A stretch of 64,000 nt of DNA from Bacillales bacterium UBA4694 (GCA_002404835.1 DHKM01000005.1:558-64557); one strand, 5' to 3'; shown: positions 27,475 through 36,335, counted from the first letter of the stretch. Numbers and translations are program-made. Notes: a model not told the origin generated them from the sequence alone.

Positions 27475-28338
27475 ATGCAAAAACGTGTGCTGACGATTCA
27501 GGACTTTTCCTGCATGGGACGTTGTTCTTTGACGGTAGCTCTTCCGACCTTGTCTTGCTGTGGAGTGGAGTGCGTTTGTCTTCCGACTGCAGTCTTAAGC
27601 AATCATACGATGTTCAAAAGCTGGACGTACCTAGACCTTACTTCCGAGATGGAAAACATTGTCGGGAAATGGATTCCGTATCAGCATTCTTTCGATTTCA
27701 TTTATACTGGATACCTATCAAATCAGCAGATCGACTGTGTGAAACATATTGTTACTTCTCTTAGGGAAAAGAAGACAACGGTTTTTGTTGATCCTGCTAT
27801 GGCAGACAATGGGAAACTATATCCGGGATTTGATATGGGGCATGTTGAAAAGATGAGAGAACTGATTTCAATTGCTGACTATATCAAACCAAATCTCACA
27901 GAGGCATGTCTGCTTTCTTCCATTGAGTATCCAAACACAGAAAAAGGAATTCCGTCTTCTTTTTATGATTCTGTATTTGAAAGACTTTCTTCATATGGAA
28001 TGAAGTACGTCATTCTGACCGGGCAGGAAATCGAAGAAGGAAAGATTGCAGATATTTATTATGACTGTAAGACAAAACAAAAGAAGATGTATATGACAAA
28101 GATGTATCCGGGAAAATTCCATGGGACGGGAGATCTTTTTTCGTCTGCTTTTGTCGGTGCATTGGCAAATGGAATCTCGTTGGATGACAGTATTCGGATT
28201 GCACATGATTTTCTTCACGAAACAATCAAAAACACAATCGACGAGAAACTTGATGGAACGGTTTATGGTGCTTGCTTTGAACCGGCACTGAAGATGCTGA
28301 TACAGGAAATTGAAAGAGCAAAAGAAAAAGCCTCTTGA
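27475..28338 (+). CDS. pdxK: Pyridoxal/pyridoxamine kinase
   Basis: Start moved to ATG 27475 (MQKRVLTIQDFSCMGRCSLTVALP) with SD GAGGTG. GTGDLFSSAF motif. TATAAT at 27450-27455. Confidence 0.85.
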   Translation: MQKRVLTIQDFSCMGRCSLTVALPTLSCCGVECVCLPTAVLSNHTMFKSWTYLDLTSEMENIVGKWIPYQHSFDFIYTGYLSNQQIDCVKHIVTSLREKKTTVFVDPAMADNGKLYPGFDMGHVEKMRELISIADYIKPNLTEACLLSSIEYPNTEKGIPSSFYDSVFERLSSYGMKYVILTGQEIEEGKIADIYYDCKTKQKKMYMTKMYPGKFHGTGDLFSSAFVGALANGISLDDSIRIAHDFLHETIKNTIDEKLDGTVYGACFEPALKMLIQEIERAKEKAS

Positions 28339-28370
28339 GATCGAAGGTACTCAATAGGCTTTGATTCTGA

Positions 28371-29270
28371 TTATTTTTCTTCTTTTTCCATTAGATTGTA
28401 GATATCCTTTTGGATTGCCGTATCGCTAAGAAGTGTATAGAAGGCCATTTTGTTTCCAAAGCTGACTGCTTCTTCCAGGGTTTTGTTGAGGCTGAGTTCA
28501 TGGACGATTCCTGCAAAGAGGGCGTCTCCTGCTCCGTTTACCGAGACGACATTTGGGTTGGAGACAACGGGAATCTCTTCTACTTTTCCTTCTGTACCGA
28601 TGATAATCGGTGCTTTTCCGTTGCTCAGAACCACATTTTTACATCCAAGGGAGAGTAAGTCATAGGCAAGCATGGTCGGCTTTTTCTTTACATCTAGGAA
28701 GTGCTCAGCTTCCAGGACATTACATTTGAAGAGAGAGATTTGAGGAAGGTGGTTTCGGAATCTTCGGATTTTGTTTGCAGATACACCCTCGATATAGAAA
28801 CGATGATTCGGGAAATTTCTGAAGATACCATCAATGACATCCTCGTTTAGATTCGCTTCTAAGACGATGACTTCGTTTTCCTCGATGACATCTTTGAATT
28901 CCAATATGTCGTCGATTGTCATATTGTCCATAAGACGCGTATCACAGATAGCGACAGTCATGTTTCCTTTTTCGTCTGCAATGGAAACATAGCTTCCGCT
29001 TGGATCTTTGCTTTTTACGGAAAGAACATTTACGTTCAGTTCTTCAAGCTTTTCCTTTAAACTTTGACCATAGGCATCTTTTCCGATGCCAGTGATGAAT
29101 GTTACATCATCTTTCAATCGAGCGAGGTTTTCCGTGATGTTTCTTCCAACGCCACCAAAGGAGGTAGTTAAGGTTCCGATATTACTATCTTCCATGATGA
29201 GTGTGTGATTGCTTTTGGCTAAGTAGTCGATATTACTACCGCCGATAATCAGAATTTTGCTTTGTTTCAT
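28371..29270 (-). CDS. PfkB-family carbohydrate kinase, pseudouridine-kinase-like
   Basis: 299 aa. Motifs GGSNIDY, FGGVGRNITENL and NGAGDALFAG. Confidence 0.8.
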   Translation of the reverse strand: MKQSKILIIGGSNIDYLAKSNHTLIMEDSNIGTLTTSFGGVGRNITENLARLKDDVTFITGIGKDAYGQSLKEKLEELNVNVLSVKSKDPSGSYVSIADEKGNMTVAICDTRLMDNMTIDDILEFKDVIEENEVIVLEANLNEDVIDGIFRNFPNHRFYIEGVSANKIRRFRNHLPQISLFKCNVLEAEHFLDVKKKPTMLAYDLLSLGCKNVVLSNGKAPIIIGTEGKVEEIPVVSNPNVVSVNGAGDALFAGIVHELSLNKTLEEAVSFGNKMAFYTLLSDTAIQKDIYNLMEKEEK

Positions 29271-29274
29271 TTGA

Positions 29275-30168
29275 TTATAATAGGTCCCCTATTTTTGGAT
29301 CGACTGCTGTATTGACGCCTAAGGTCTGGTAGGACATGTTGAGGCCGAACTTAACTGCCTGCTTCAATTGCATTCCGGCAACAAGACAGTGGACGATTCC
29401 TGCAAAAAGGGCATCTCCGTTTCCGTTCGATCTTGTTATTTTCTGCCTTACGACAATTGGCTCATGGCTGATTCCTTTTTGTTTGGTCCCATATACGATA
29501 GGAAGTTCAGTATGGGATAAAACAACCTGTTTGCATCCTTTGTCTAGAAGAAGTTGAACAAGGTCTTCTGGTTCTTTTTTGCAGTCGAGAAGATGTTCGG
29601 CTTCGGTCACGTTTGACTTGAAAAGTTCGATTTCCTTTAAATGAGGAAGGAAGGTTTTTACTCTAAATGTACTGACTCCGTCTACATAGTATTTTTTGTT
29701 TTTATAGGTCTTGAAGATGTAGTTTACGATTTTCTCGCTCAGGGTTCCGTCTAGGACAATATAATCGTGTGCTTTGATTATAGAATCGAATTCTTTTAAG
29801 TCATTTGGTTTCAATGAGTCTGTTCCTCTGGTGTCGATGATATAGGATATCCGTTTTCCGTTTGTATCGCAGATGGAATTGTAGATGCCTGTTGGATATT
29901 TGGTGTTTATGGAATAAACATCGACTCCAAGTGAAATCAAGTTTTGCTTCAAAGATAAGCCAAGATGATCTTCACCAAGAACGGTTATGAAGCTTACTTT
30001 GTCACTGAGACGGATTAAATTCTCAGTAACGTTTCTTCCAGGACCTCCGAAAGTGGTAAACAATGTTCCGAGATTTTCTTTCTTTTCTTTCATCTCGTCG
30101 ATTGTCTTGCTTAGATAATCCATCCTGCTATCTCCGATAACAAGGACACTTCCTTTTCTTTTACGCAT
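29275..30168 (-). CDS. PfkB-family carbohydrate kinase, tandem paralog
   Basis: 297 aa. Motif FGGPGRNVTENL, and a variant NGNGDALFAG in place of GAGD. SD GGAGGT. Confidence 0.8.
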   Translation of the reverse strand: MRKRKGSVLVIGDSRMDYLSKTIDEMKEKKENLGTLFTTFGGPGRNVTENLIRLSDKVSFITVLGEDHLGLSLKQNLISLGVDVYSINTKYPTGIYNSICDTNGKRISYIIDTRGTDSLKPNDLKEFDSIIKAHDYIVLDGTLSEKIVNYIFKTYKNKKYYVDGVSTFRVKTFLPHLKEIELFKSNVTEAEHLLDCKKEPEDLVQLLLDKGCKQVVLSHTELPIVYGTKQKGISHEPIVVRQKITRSNGNGDALFAGIVHCLVAGMQLKQAVKFGLNMSYQTLGVNTAVDPKIGDLL

Positions 30169-30235
30169 GTCGCTGGTTACCTCCGTTAATTCTATTTTAA
30201 CACGAGAGTTATAGAACGTGTGTGGAGTAAATCAA

Positions 30236-30268
30236 AAAAACAAGAAAAGGCGGCAAATTGCCGCCTTG
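30236..30268 (-). terminator. Rho-independent terminator of nusG
   Basis: Stem AAGGCGGCA / TGCCGCCTT around 30247-30267, followed on the minus strand by a T-rich run (TTTTCTTGTTTTTTT). Confidence 0.85.
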
Positions 30269-30270
30269 GA

Positions 30271-31059
30271 TTATTCGTCGATGGAATCTTCTTCCGATGT
30301 TTTGTCTGCTTTTTCGATTTCGGAATATTTGGCAGTGATGATCTGTGGACGACCAAAGAGTGTGATAGAGATTGTCACTTCGGATTCATCCGGGTTGACA
30401 GTCTCGATGATACCTTCGGCATCTGCAAACGTGCCAGAGAGAATCTTGATCTTGTCACCGACTTTGTAATCGGAATACATTTCAGGATCTTCGATGTTCA
30501 TTCTCTTGAGAACCGGTTCGATTTCTTCTCTTGGAATCGGGAACGGCTTGGCACCTTTACCGGAGGAACCGGTGATACCGGAAACACCTGGAGTATTACG
30601 GACGACGAACCAAGTTTCATCTGTCATAATCATCTCTACGAAGATATATCCTGGATAATAGTTTTTGGTTTTGAATTTCTGAACCATTTGTCCAGTGGCT
30701 TTATCCTTGGTGAATTTCGGTTTTCCGTCTTCGTCAGTGACAGGCTCCTGATATTCGGCACAGATGATACGGAAGATCTTGTCTTCGATGTTCATGGATT
30801 TGGCTCTCTTCTCGAGCATTTCCTTGACCTGTCTTTCACGCTGGGCGAAGGTATTGATGACATACCAGGCTTTTTCCGGAAGGACTTCATCTGCATCGTT
30901 GTCCTCGCCAGGATTCACTTCGCCGATCAAAGGGTTGAAGTTATGGTGCTTTTCATGGACAATCGGAGTTTCTTCAACTGGTTTTGGTTCTTCGTTATTG
31001 ACAACGATCGTATCGTCGTCATTATTGATGACAATCTTGTCTTCATCGGTATACATCAT
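30271..31059 (-). CDS. nusG: Transcription termination/antitermination factor NusG with an acidic N-terminal extension of about 60 aa
   Basis: 262 aa. NGN domain starts at WYVINTFAQRE (W65). KOW motif GDKIKILSGTFADAEGII. Confidence 0.9.
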   Translation of the reverse strand: MMYTDEDKIVINNDDDTIVVNNEEPKPVEETPIVHEKHHNFNPLIGEVNPGEDNDADEVLPEKAWYVINTFAQRERQVKEMLEKRAKSMNIEDKIFRIICAEYQEPVTDEDGKPKFTKDKATGQMVQKFKTKNYYPGYIFVEMIMTDETWFVVRNTPGVSGITGSSGKGAKPFPIPREEIEPVLKRMNIEDPEMYSDYKVGDKIKILSGTFADAEGIIETVNPDESEVTISITLFGRPQIITAKYSEIEKADKTSEEDSIDE

Positions 31060-31328
31060 TTCAAAAATCCTCCTAACATATTCTTGATGGCAACGATAGC
31101 GGATGCTGCAGAGCTGCTATCGGTAGATGTTGAATTCTTTGGGAAAGCATTGTCGAATCCTTTCATGATCTGGATGGTGAGAAGATCACAGAGATAGATG
31201 AATAGAGCAAAACCGACAGCAATGAGTAGAACGATTCCGACAGAATTCCACAATGTCTTCTGATCTGGCCAACGGACACGTCTAGCTTCTTCTCCTACTC
31301 CACGGAAATATTTGGAGACTTTCTTCAT
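31056..31328 (-). CDS. secE: Preprotein translocase subunit SecE
   Basis: 90 aa. Region EEARRVRWPDQKTLWNSVGIVLLIAVGFALFI. Sits between rpmG and nusG. Confidence 0.85.
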   Translation of the reverse strand: MKKVSKYFRGVGEEARRVRWPDQKTLWNSVGIVLLIAVGFALFIYLCDLLTIQIMKGFDNAFPKNSTSTDSSSAASAIVAIKNMLGGFLK

Positions 31329-31330
31329 TT

Positions 31331-31477
31331 TTATTTTCCCTCCTTATGAATTGTGTGTTTTCCACATTTTGGGCAGTATTTGTTTGCTTCAAGTCTTTTG
31401 CCGTCACCTTTTTTCTTAGAGGCGTAATAGTTTCTGGATTGGCATTCACTACAAACTAGAACGACTTTTTCTCTCAT
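31331..31477 (-). CDS. rpmG: 50S ribosomal protein L33
   Basis: Not in the track (48 aa). Hand translation is [54 protein letters not shown]. Confidence 0.95.
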   Translation of the reverse strand: MREKVVLVCSECQSRNYYASKKKGDGKRLEANKYCPKCGKHTIHKEGK

Positions 31478-31741
31478 ATTCAAACCTCATCTTTTCAAAT
31501 AAAAAAGTTCCTTTTGGAACCAAAAACTATTATATAGGTTCGTAGGTGAAAAATAAAGAGTAATTTTTGGAATGAACGAGTTCTGAATAAAGGAAGAGGA
31601 TTTATAATTTGCATCTTGAGAAATAATTTGTGACTATCAGTTTTAGATGGTTTAAACTCGCTTGCAAAATAGAAGAATTTAAATGAATGTAGAAAAACAT
31701 TTCTTTTCTATAGTATCATGTCCCTTTTTTTCTAAAATCAT

Positions 31742-31769
31742 TTGAAACATAGAAAGCTGAGATTATAAT
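31742..31769 (+). promoter_or_regulatory. Promoter of the GGDEF gene; ATG lies 6 nt after the -10 (leaderless candidate)
   Basis: -35 TTGAAA (31742-31747), 16-nt spacer, -10 TATAAT (31764-31769), then GAAGCT and ATG at 31776. No SD. Confidence 0.55.
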
Positions 31770-31775
31770 GAAGCT

Positions 31776-32894
31776 ATGAGTTCTACTGGTTATTATATTT
31801 TAGCGAATGTATTTGCGATTGTGGTTTTTGGCGTCTTGCTTGTTATGAATGCTTTGAGATCCGAATATCATACGAAGAAGCTCATGCTCACTCATTTGAT
31901 TGCGTTTTCTATTTCTGTATTTGCTCAGGATATATTCTGGACAATCGTAAATTCAAGGGCTTCATCTCCGTGGCTGATTCTTTTTTCGAACTATCTGATG
32001 TTTTTTACGGTCTTAGGTACGTCTATAACATGGACATTGTATGTGCTGGGAATAAAACGAATCACGGACCAAAAGTTTTTCCTGTTCGGGAAAATAGCTA
32101 TTTTGAGTTATGTTGTTTTTGGTATTCTTATGATTCCGATAACATTTTTCCTTTCTTCTTTTTGGATTCAAAACGGAGAAATGAACCCGCTGTATTGGAT
32201 AATTACTCTTTCGTTCTCCGTGGTTTTCTTGATTCTTACATCGGTATTTTCTGTTTTGGGTGCAATCGATAAGGAACAAATTGCTTTTCGAAAAGAGTAT
32301 ATTGTCAATGCGATTGGTCCTGTTGTTTTGATTATATGTTCCATTATTCAAGTCATAAATCCATATATTCCATTGATTTGCTATAGTATGACTCTTGTTA
32401 TTCTGATGAGTTTCCTTTTTACATTGACGACTCATTCAAAAACGGATCCTCTTACTGGTTTGAACAATCGGAATGAGCTCCTGCGTTTTATTTCTAGAGC
32501 TGGGCATGAATCGAACGCTGAGAATATTGTTATTATGGCTGATTTGGATTCCTTCAAGAAAATCAATGATACGTATGGCCATGTTAAAGGAGATGAGGTT
32601 TTAATACGTGTAAGTAATGTTATATCCAAATATTGCAGAGAAGCTCAAAAGAAGATGTTTTTATGTAGATATGGCGGAGATGAGTTCTTGATAATCATAA
32701 AGAACGGAACGAATGAAGATGCTGTCAAATTCGGTAAGGAAATGAATCTTATTCTTTGTGATGGAATGTATGAGATTCCTGTTTCTATGACTATCGGATA
32801 TGCTGAATGGAATGGATTATCTTCGACTTTCGAGGATTCGCTTAAGATTGCTGATAAATTCATGTATGAAAAGAAAAAAGGCTTTCTTTTGTAA
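31776..32894 (+). CDS. Membrane-bound diguanylate cyclase (GGDEF)
   Basis: 372 aa. Multi-TM N-terminal domain, then DPLTGLNNRNEL and the active site RYGGDEFLII. Confidence 0.9.
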   Translation: MSSTGYYILANVFAIVVFGVLLVMNALRSEYHTKKLMLTHLIAFSISVFAQDIFWTIVNSRASSPWLILFSNYLMFFTVLGTSITWTLYVLGIKRITDQKFFLFGKIAILSYVVFGILMIPITFFLSSFWIQNGEMNPLYWIITLSFSVVFLILTSVFSVLGAIDKEQIAFRKEYIVNAIGPVVLIICSIIQVINPYIPLICYSMTLVILMSFLFTLTTHSKTDPLTGLNNRNELLRFISRAGHESNAENIVIMADLDSFKKINDTYGHVKGDEVLIRVSNVISKYCREAQKKMFLCRYGGDEFLIIIKNGTNEDAVKFGKEMNLILCDGMYEIPVSMTIGYAEWNGLSSTFEDSLKIADKFMYEKKKGFLL

Positions 32895-32899
32895 TTTGT

Positions 32900-33487
32900 A
32901 TGAAATATCATATTTTAAAACATCTTCACACTATCAATAAGCATCGTTTCCATGTGTTTATCAATTGTTGCCGTTGTGGTATACCGTTTCGTGGCTTAGT
33001 TCATGATCTTTCAAAGTATTCCCCTACTGAATTTTTTATTAGCGCCAAAAATTATTCTGGTATCCGTTCTCCGATAGCTAATGAAAGAAAAGAAGAATTC
33101 GGATATTCAAGTGCGTTCATTCACCACACCAGAAAAAACAAACACCATTATGAATATTGGGTGGATGTGACAACCGGGGATATTATTTTGATTCCGATGC
33201 CATACAAATATGCTTTGGAATGCTGTTGTGACATGATATCGGCTTCTATGGTTTACAACGGAAAGAATTTCAAAAGAGATATGCCGTTATCTTTCTTTTT
33301 GAAGGTAAAAGACAGATCAATGATGCATTCCTCAACTAAAAAATTCATTGAGGAAGTTCTTATTCGTTATCGTAATACCGGATTCAAGAATATAAGCAGA
33401 AAAGATACAAAGTATCTTTATCAACTTTCTCTTCAGGAAGCAAAGCCTACGGAAATAATTGAAGTTTTTTCAAAAATGCAGAAATAA
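32900..33487 (+). CDS. His-rich HD-like protein (DUF5662-like)
   Basis: 195 aa. H4, H8, H10, H15, H18, then LVHDLSKY (similar to the HDIGK of HD hydrolases), HH75-76 and HH82-83. ATG lies 5 nt after the GGDEF stop, with no SD. Confidence 0.55.
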   Translation: MKYHILKHLHTINKHRFHVFINCCRCGIPFRGLVHDLSKYSPTEFFISAKNYSGIRSPIANERKEEFGYSSAFIHHTRKNKHHYEYWVDVTTGDIILIPMPYKYALECCCDMISASMVYNGKNFKRDMPLSFFLKVKDRSMMHSSTKKFIEEVLIRYRNTGFKNISRKDTKYLYQLSLQEAKPTEIIEVFSKMQK

Positions 33488-33662
33488 ACAAAGAATGATT
33501 ACGTGGTTGTAAATGTTTTCAAAAGAACAAGCTTAGGCCTAAAAATGATAAGGTTATGCCTGCGTGCTTTTTTTGTTACCGCTTTTTTGTATAATAAAAC
33601 CAGAAAAAAGCAAGCAATGGATGTTGAAAATAAGAATAAAGAATGAAAGGAGGGTTTAGTAT

Positions 33663-34358
33663 ATGAAAATCGCATTTGCTATTCTTGTTTTATCGAACTC
33701 GATTTCTTTTCCGGTCAAGGCAGGTGTAGTGGATAAAGCATTATTGAGCATGATTCACTATTCTGCATCGAATCAGATTATTGTAAATCTATTTGCCCAT
33801 CAAGATGTGACTCCTAAGACTGATAAATACGAAAATGTAAAAGCAAATTCTTTAGGCCATTCTTATTTGGAAATAACCAATACATATCAAGAACCTGTTT
33901 TTATTCAAGGCTTTCGTATTGATTATAATCAATCTATTACAATCGGTTTGTGGGGAGATACCGGCTCATCTGATGGACCATCGGTAGATGGTCATGTTGG
34001 AATATTTGTAAATCGCGAAGCTTATCACTATTCTAAATTGGAAACACCGGATAAATCCACAATGATAATGGCAACGGTATCTAAAGATAAATTGCCGGAT
34101 TTGTATCCTGTCTGTATGGAAAAGGCGTTTACTTATGATCTTCTAAATTATAATTGTACTATTTTTGCTACGGAGTGTTGGTATCTTCTTACTGGACAGG
34201 ATTTAAGATGTAATAGTCCCTATGAGCTGAGGCACAAAATTATGGATGTTGAGGATGGTGTTGAGGGTTGTTACACTATGCTTGAGACCGATTGTTTCTA
34301 TTCGTATTATCGAAGTTCTGGCCGTTTTTTGAAATATGAGCCAAGGGAGGAACGATAA
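33663..34358 (+). CDS. Secreted protein with permuted papain-like His...Cys signature
   Basis: 231 aa. Signal peptide MKIAFAILVLSNSISFPVKA. Motifs LGHSYLEI and YDLLNYNCTIFATECW. SD AAAGGAGGG. Confidence 0.5.
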   Translation: MKIAFAILVLSNSISFPVKAGVVDKALLSMIHYSASNQIIVNLFAHQDVTPKTDKYENVKANSLGHSYLEITNTYQEPVFIQGFRIDYNQSITIGLWGDTGSSDGPSVDGHVGIFVNREAYHYSKLETPDKSTMIMATVSKDKLPDLYPVCMEKAFTYDLLNYNCTIFATECWYLLTGQDLRCNSPYELRHKIMDVEDGVEGCYTMLETDCFYSYYRSSGRFLKYEPREER

Positions 34359-34735
34359 TGAAGCGTAATCTGATTCTGGCAATTGTCTTTCAGTTGATTG
34401 GATGGGCCTTTGTTTTTCTGGTCAGTTGTAATGTCAATTTCCTATGGAGTGTTGCTCCTTATACGTTTGGAAAGGTTTTTAATTATGTGGTCTGCTATTT
34501 GAGTCTTCTCCTTGCCTGTTTCTTTGAAATCAGACTCAGAAAAGAAATCGGAGGATTTTATCCGAAACTAGCATGTATTTTAAGCTTCGCTTATTCGATG
34601 AGTCTTTTTTCGATTTTCTATTTTCTCAAGTATCTGAACTTCAATGTTCTGACCGGATTTTTGCCCTTGACCATTTATATCATCGTAGAAATCGGAATGT
34701 CTTGTTATATGTTTGCCTATCTGAAACGGGAATGA
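34358..34735 (+). CDS. Small four-TM membrane protein translationally coupled to the secreted protein
   Basis: 125 aa. TAATG stop/start overlap. Confidence 0.6.
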   Translation: MKRNLILAIVFQLIGWAFVFLVSCNVNFLWSVAPYTFGKVFNYVVCYLSLLLACFFEIRLRKEIGGFYPKLACILSFAYSMSLFSIFYFLKYLNFNVLTGFLPLTIYIIVEIGMSCYMFAYLKRE

Positions 34736-34736
34736 A

Positions 34737-36179
34737 TCATTCTTTTTCTACCAGGTCTTTGTTTGTTCTGTAACAGGTGGCATTTCCTTCTTTGCTTTGA
34801 ATCAAATATTGGTTGTCGGCTAGGTTTTTAAGGATTCTTTCCCTGAAATAGGAGGAGTCCTTTATTCCGATATGGGCTGCGATTTCAGAAATACGCCGTG
34901 GTTTCATATAACAGAAGGAAAGAATTTCCTGGTCGTATTTCGTGCCGTTTGGTATAAGAACGGTTGTTAGGATGGGCAATGAGGCGTCACGGATTCCTTT
35001 CTGGTAGGTGAGATCCGGAAGGACGAGCGTGAAGTGATCCGAGGTTGAAAAAATATATGGCTTATGGAGACTGTCTTCATTTTTGTAGTCTTCCATAATC
35101 TTGTCAAATCCTGTTCCTGCTGATTCCATTACGTTGCAGGCAACTAGGATTTTGGAAATTAATTCGTTCCTTCTTTTGGATATGATATTGGATAAGTCAT
35201 ATGTCTTTTCTATCTTTTCGCCTCGATAGAAGGATCCCGGTGAGGATATTTCAAGTCGGTCCTTGAACATGTCGATTTGAATCTGGGTTCCATCAAGATA
35301 ATAGTCTCTGTGGACGATGGCATTTATGATAGCTTCAAACAATGAGCGATGGGGATAGGCATCGATTGTGATATGGGATGTATTCAACTTGAGCAGAGCA
35401 TGATTCATTCTCTGCTCCAAAAATGAAACCGTATTTTCAATTAGCGACGTGATGTTTCCGTGGAATTCGTTCTTTGTGACAATACGTTCGCTTCCTCTAT
35501 TGAAGCCTGAAAATACGGAACATTGGATTGTCGTTTTGTTTCCGTCGTAGTGATCCATAAAGAATAAGGCACCATTCAGCAAATAATCATCGGAATTCAT
35601 GAACCCAATGGATTTCAATGATTTTTCTGTCAATGTTTTTCCTTTGTTGTGCAATCTATAGAATTGAAACAGCATTGAAAAGTCTTTTGCATTGTATTTT
35701 ATTCCGGATGGCAGGACGTCATATTGTGTGATTTTGCTTTTTATGCACATCTCGATTATTTCTTCATAGGTTGCTCCATTTGTGAATCCGTTTCGTCTCA
35801 TAAAAATTGAAGGTATGTTCTTGAACTTCAAAACGACAGGTTTGATTGTGGATTCCTCGACTTTTATCCGTATGATATATCTTTTTGACTCGTGTATTTC
35901 GTAGGGCAGAAATTCTATTTTCAGGTTTGGACGTGGCAATAGGTGTTCGTTGACTTGATTGTTGAAATAGTTTCTTTCGTTGTCTGCGGATTTTTGATCG
36001 AAGCCGATGAGTTTTCCGGTTTTGTCTTCCACACCGATATAGAGTTCACCGCCTTCGGCATTGGCAAAACCGGCTATGGTTTTAAGCCAACCAATGATGT
36101 CTGTTCGATTGAGCATTGCCTTGCATTCCAATTTATCGTTTTCTATATAAGAAGAGTGAATCAAATCTTCTAAGTTCAT
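34737..36179 (-). CDS. AlbA_2/Schlafen-type DNA-binding domain protein with HATPase_c_4-like and C-terminal wHTH regions
   Basis: 480 aa. Motifs LECKAML...IAGFANAEGGELYIGVEDKTGKLIGF and AIINAIVHRDYYLDGTQIQIDMFKDRLEISSPG. SD AAGAGGT. Confidence 0.7.
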   Translation of the reverse strand: MNLEDLIHSSYIENDKLECKAMLNRTDIIGWLKTIAGFANAEGGELYIGVEDKTGKLIGFDQKSADNERNYFNNQVNEHLLPRPNLKIEFLPYEIHESKRYIIRIKVEESTIKPVVLKFKNIPSIFMRRNGFTNGATYEEIIEMCIKSKITQYDVLPSGIKYNAKDFSMLFQFYRLHNKGKTLTEKSLKSIGFMNSDDYLLNGALFFMDHYDGNKTTIQCSVFSGFNRGSERIVTKNEFHGNITSLIENTVSFLEQRMNHALLKLNTSHITIDAYPHRSLFEAIINAIVHRDYYLDGTQIQIDMFKDRLEISSPGSFYRGEKIEKTYDLSNIISKRRNELISKILVACNVMESAGTGFDKIMEDYKNEDSLHKPYIFSTSDHFTLVLPDLTYQKGIRDASLPILTTVLIPNGTKYDQEILSFCYMKPRRISEIAAHIGIKDSSYFRERILKNLADNQYLIQSKEGNATCYRTNKDLVEKE

Positions 36180-36190
36180 ATTTCATACCT

Positions 36191-36266
36191 CTTTGAACTA
36201 CTTCAAAGTTTACTTCAAAGTCACTTCAAAGTCAACTTCAAAGTCACTTCAAAGTCGCTTCAAAGT
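36191..36266. repeat. Six phased direct repeats of CTTCAAAGT plus one inverted copy over the RBS
   Basis: Core starts at 36201, 36213, 36224, 36236, 36247 and 36258 (spacing 12, 11, 12, 11, 11). The inverted CTTTGAA at 36191-36197 forms a 7-bp hairpin with the first repeat. Confidence 0.9.
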
Positions 36267-36303
36267 TTATCGGCAATCTCATAGCAGAATATGAGCTATG
36301 ACA

Positions 36304-36329
36304 TAAAAAATCCCCGTTTTACCGGGGAT
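36304..36329 (-). terminator. Rho-independent terminator of the MATE gene
   Basis: Stem TCCCCG / CGGGGA (36311-36328), followed on the minus strand by TTTTTT. Confidence 0.8.
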
Positions 36330-36335
36330 ACGATT

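Noticed and set aside
29271-29279. TATAAT 3 nt before the ATG of the downstream PfkB gene
   Set aside because: The hexamer is formed by the last sense codon and stop codon of the upstream paralog (CTA TTA TAA). The 4-nt gap indicates co-transcription rather than a promoter.
30220-31197. 325-aa plus-strand ORF
   Set aside because: It is antisense to nusG and secE. Long antisense frames are expected when the sense frame avoids TTA, CTA and TCA codons.
31536-31546. GGTTCGTA sequences that superficially resemble tRNA T-arms (also at 50921)
   Set aside because: There is no acceptor or anticodon stem complementarity around them. I could not fold any tRNA-like cloverleaf anywhere in the window.
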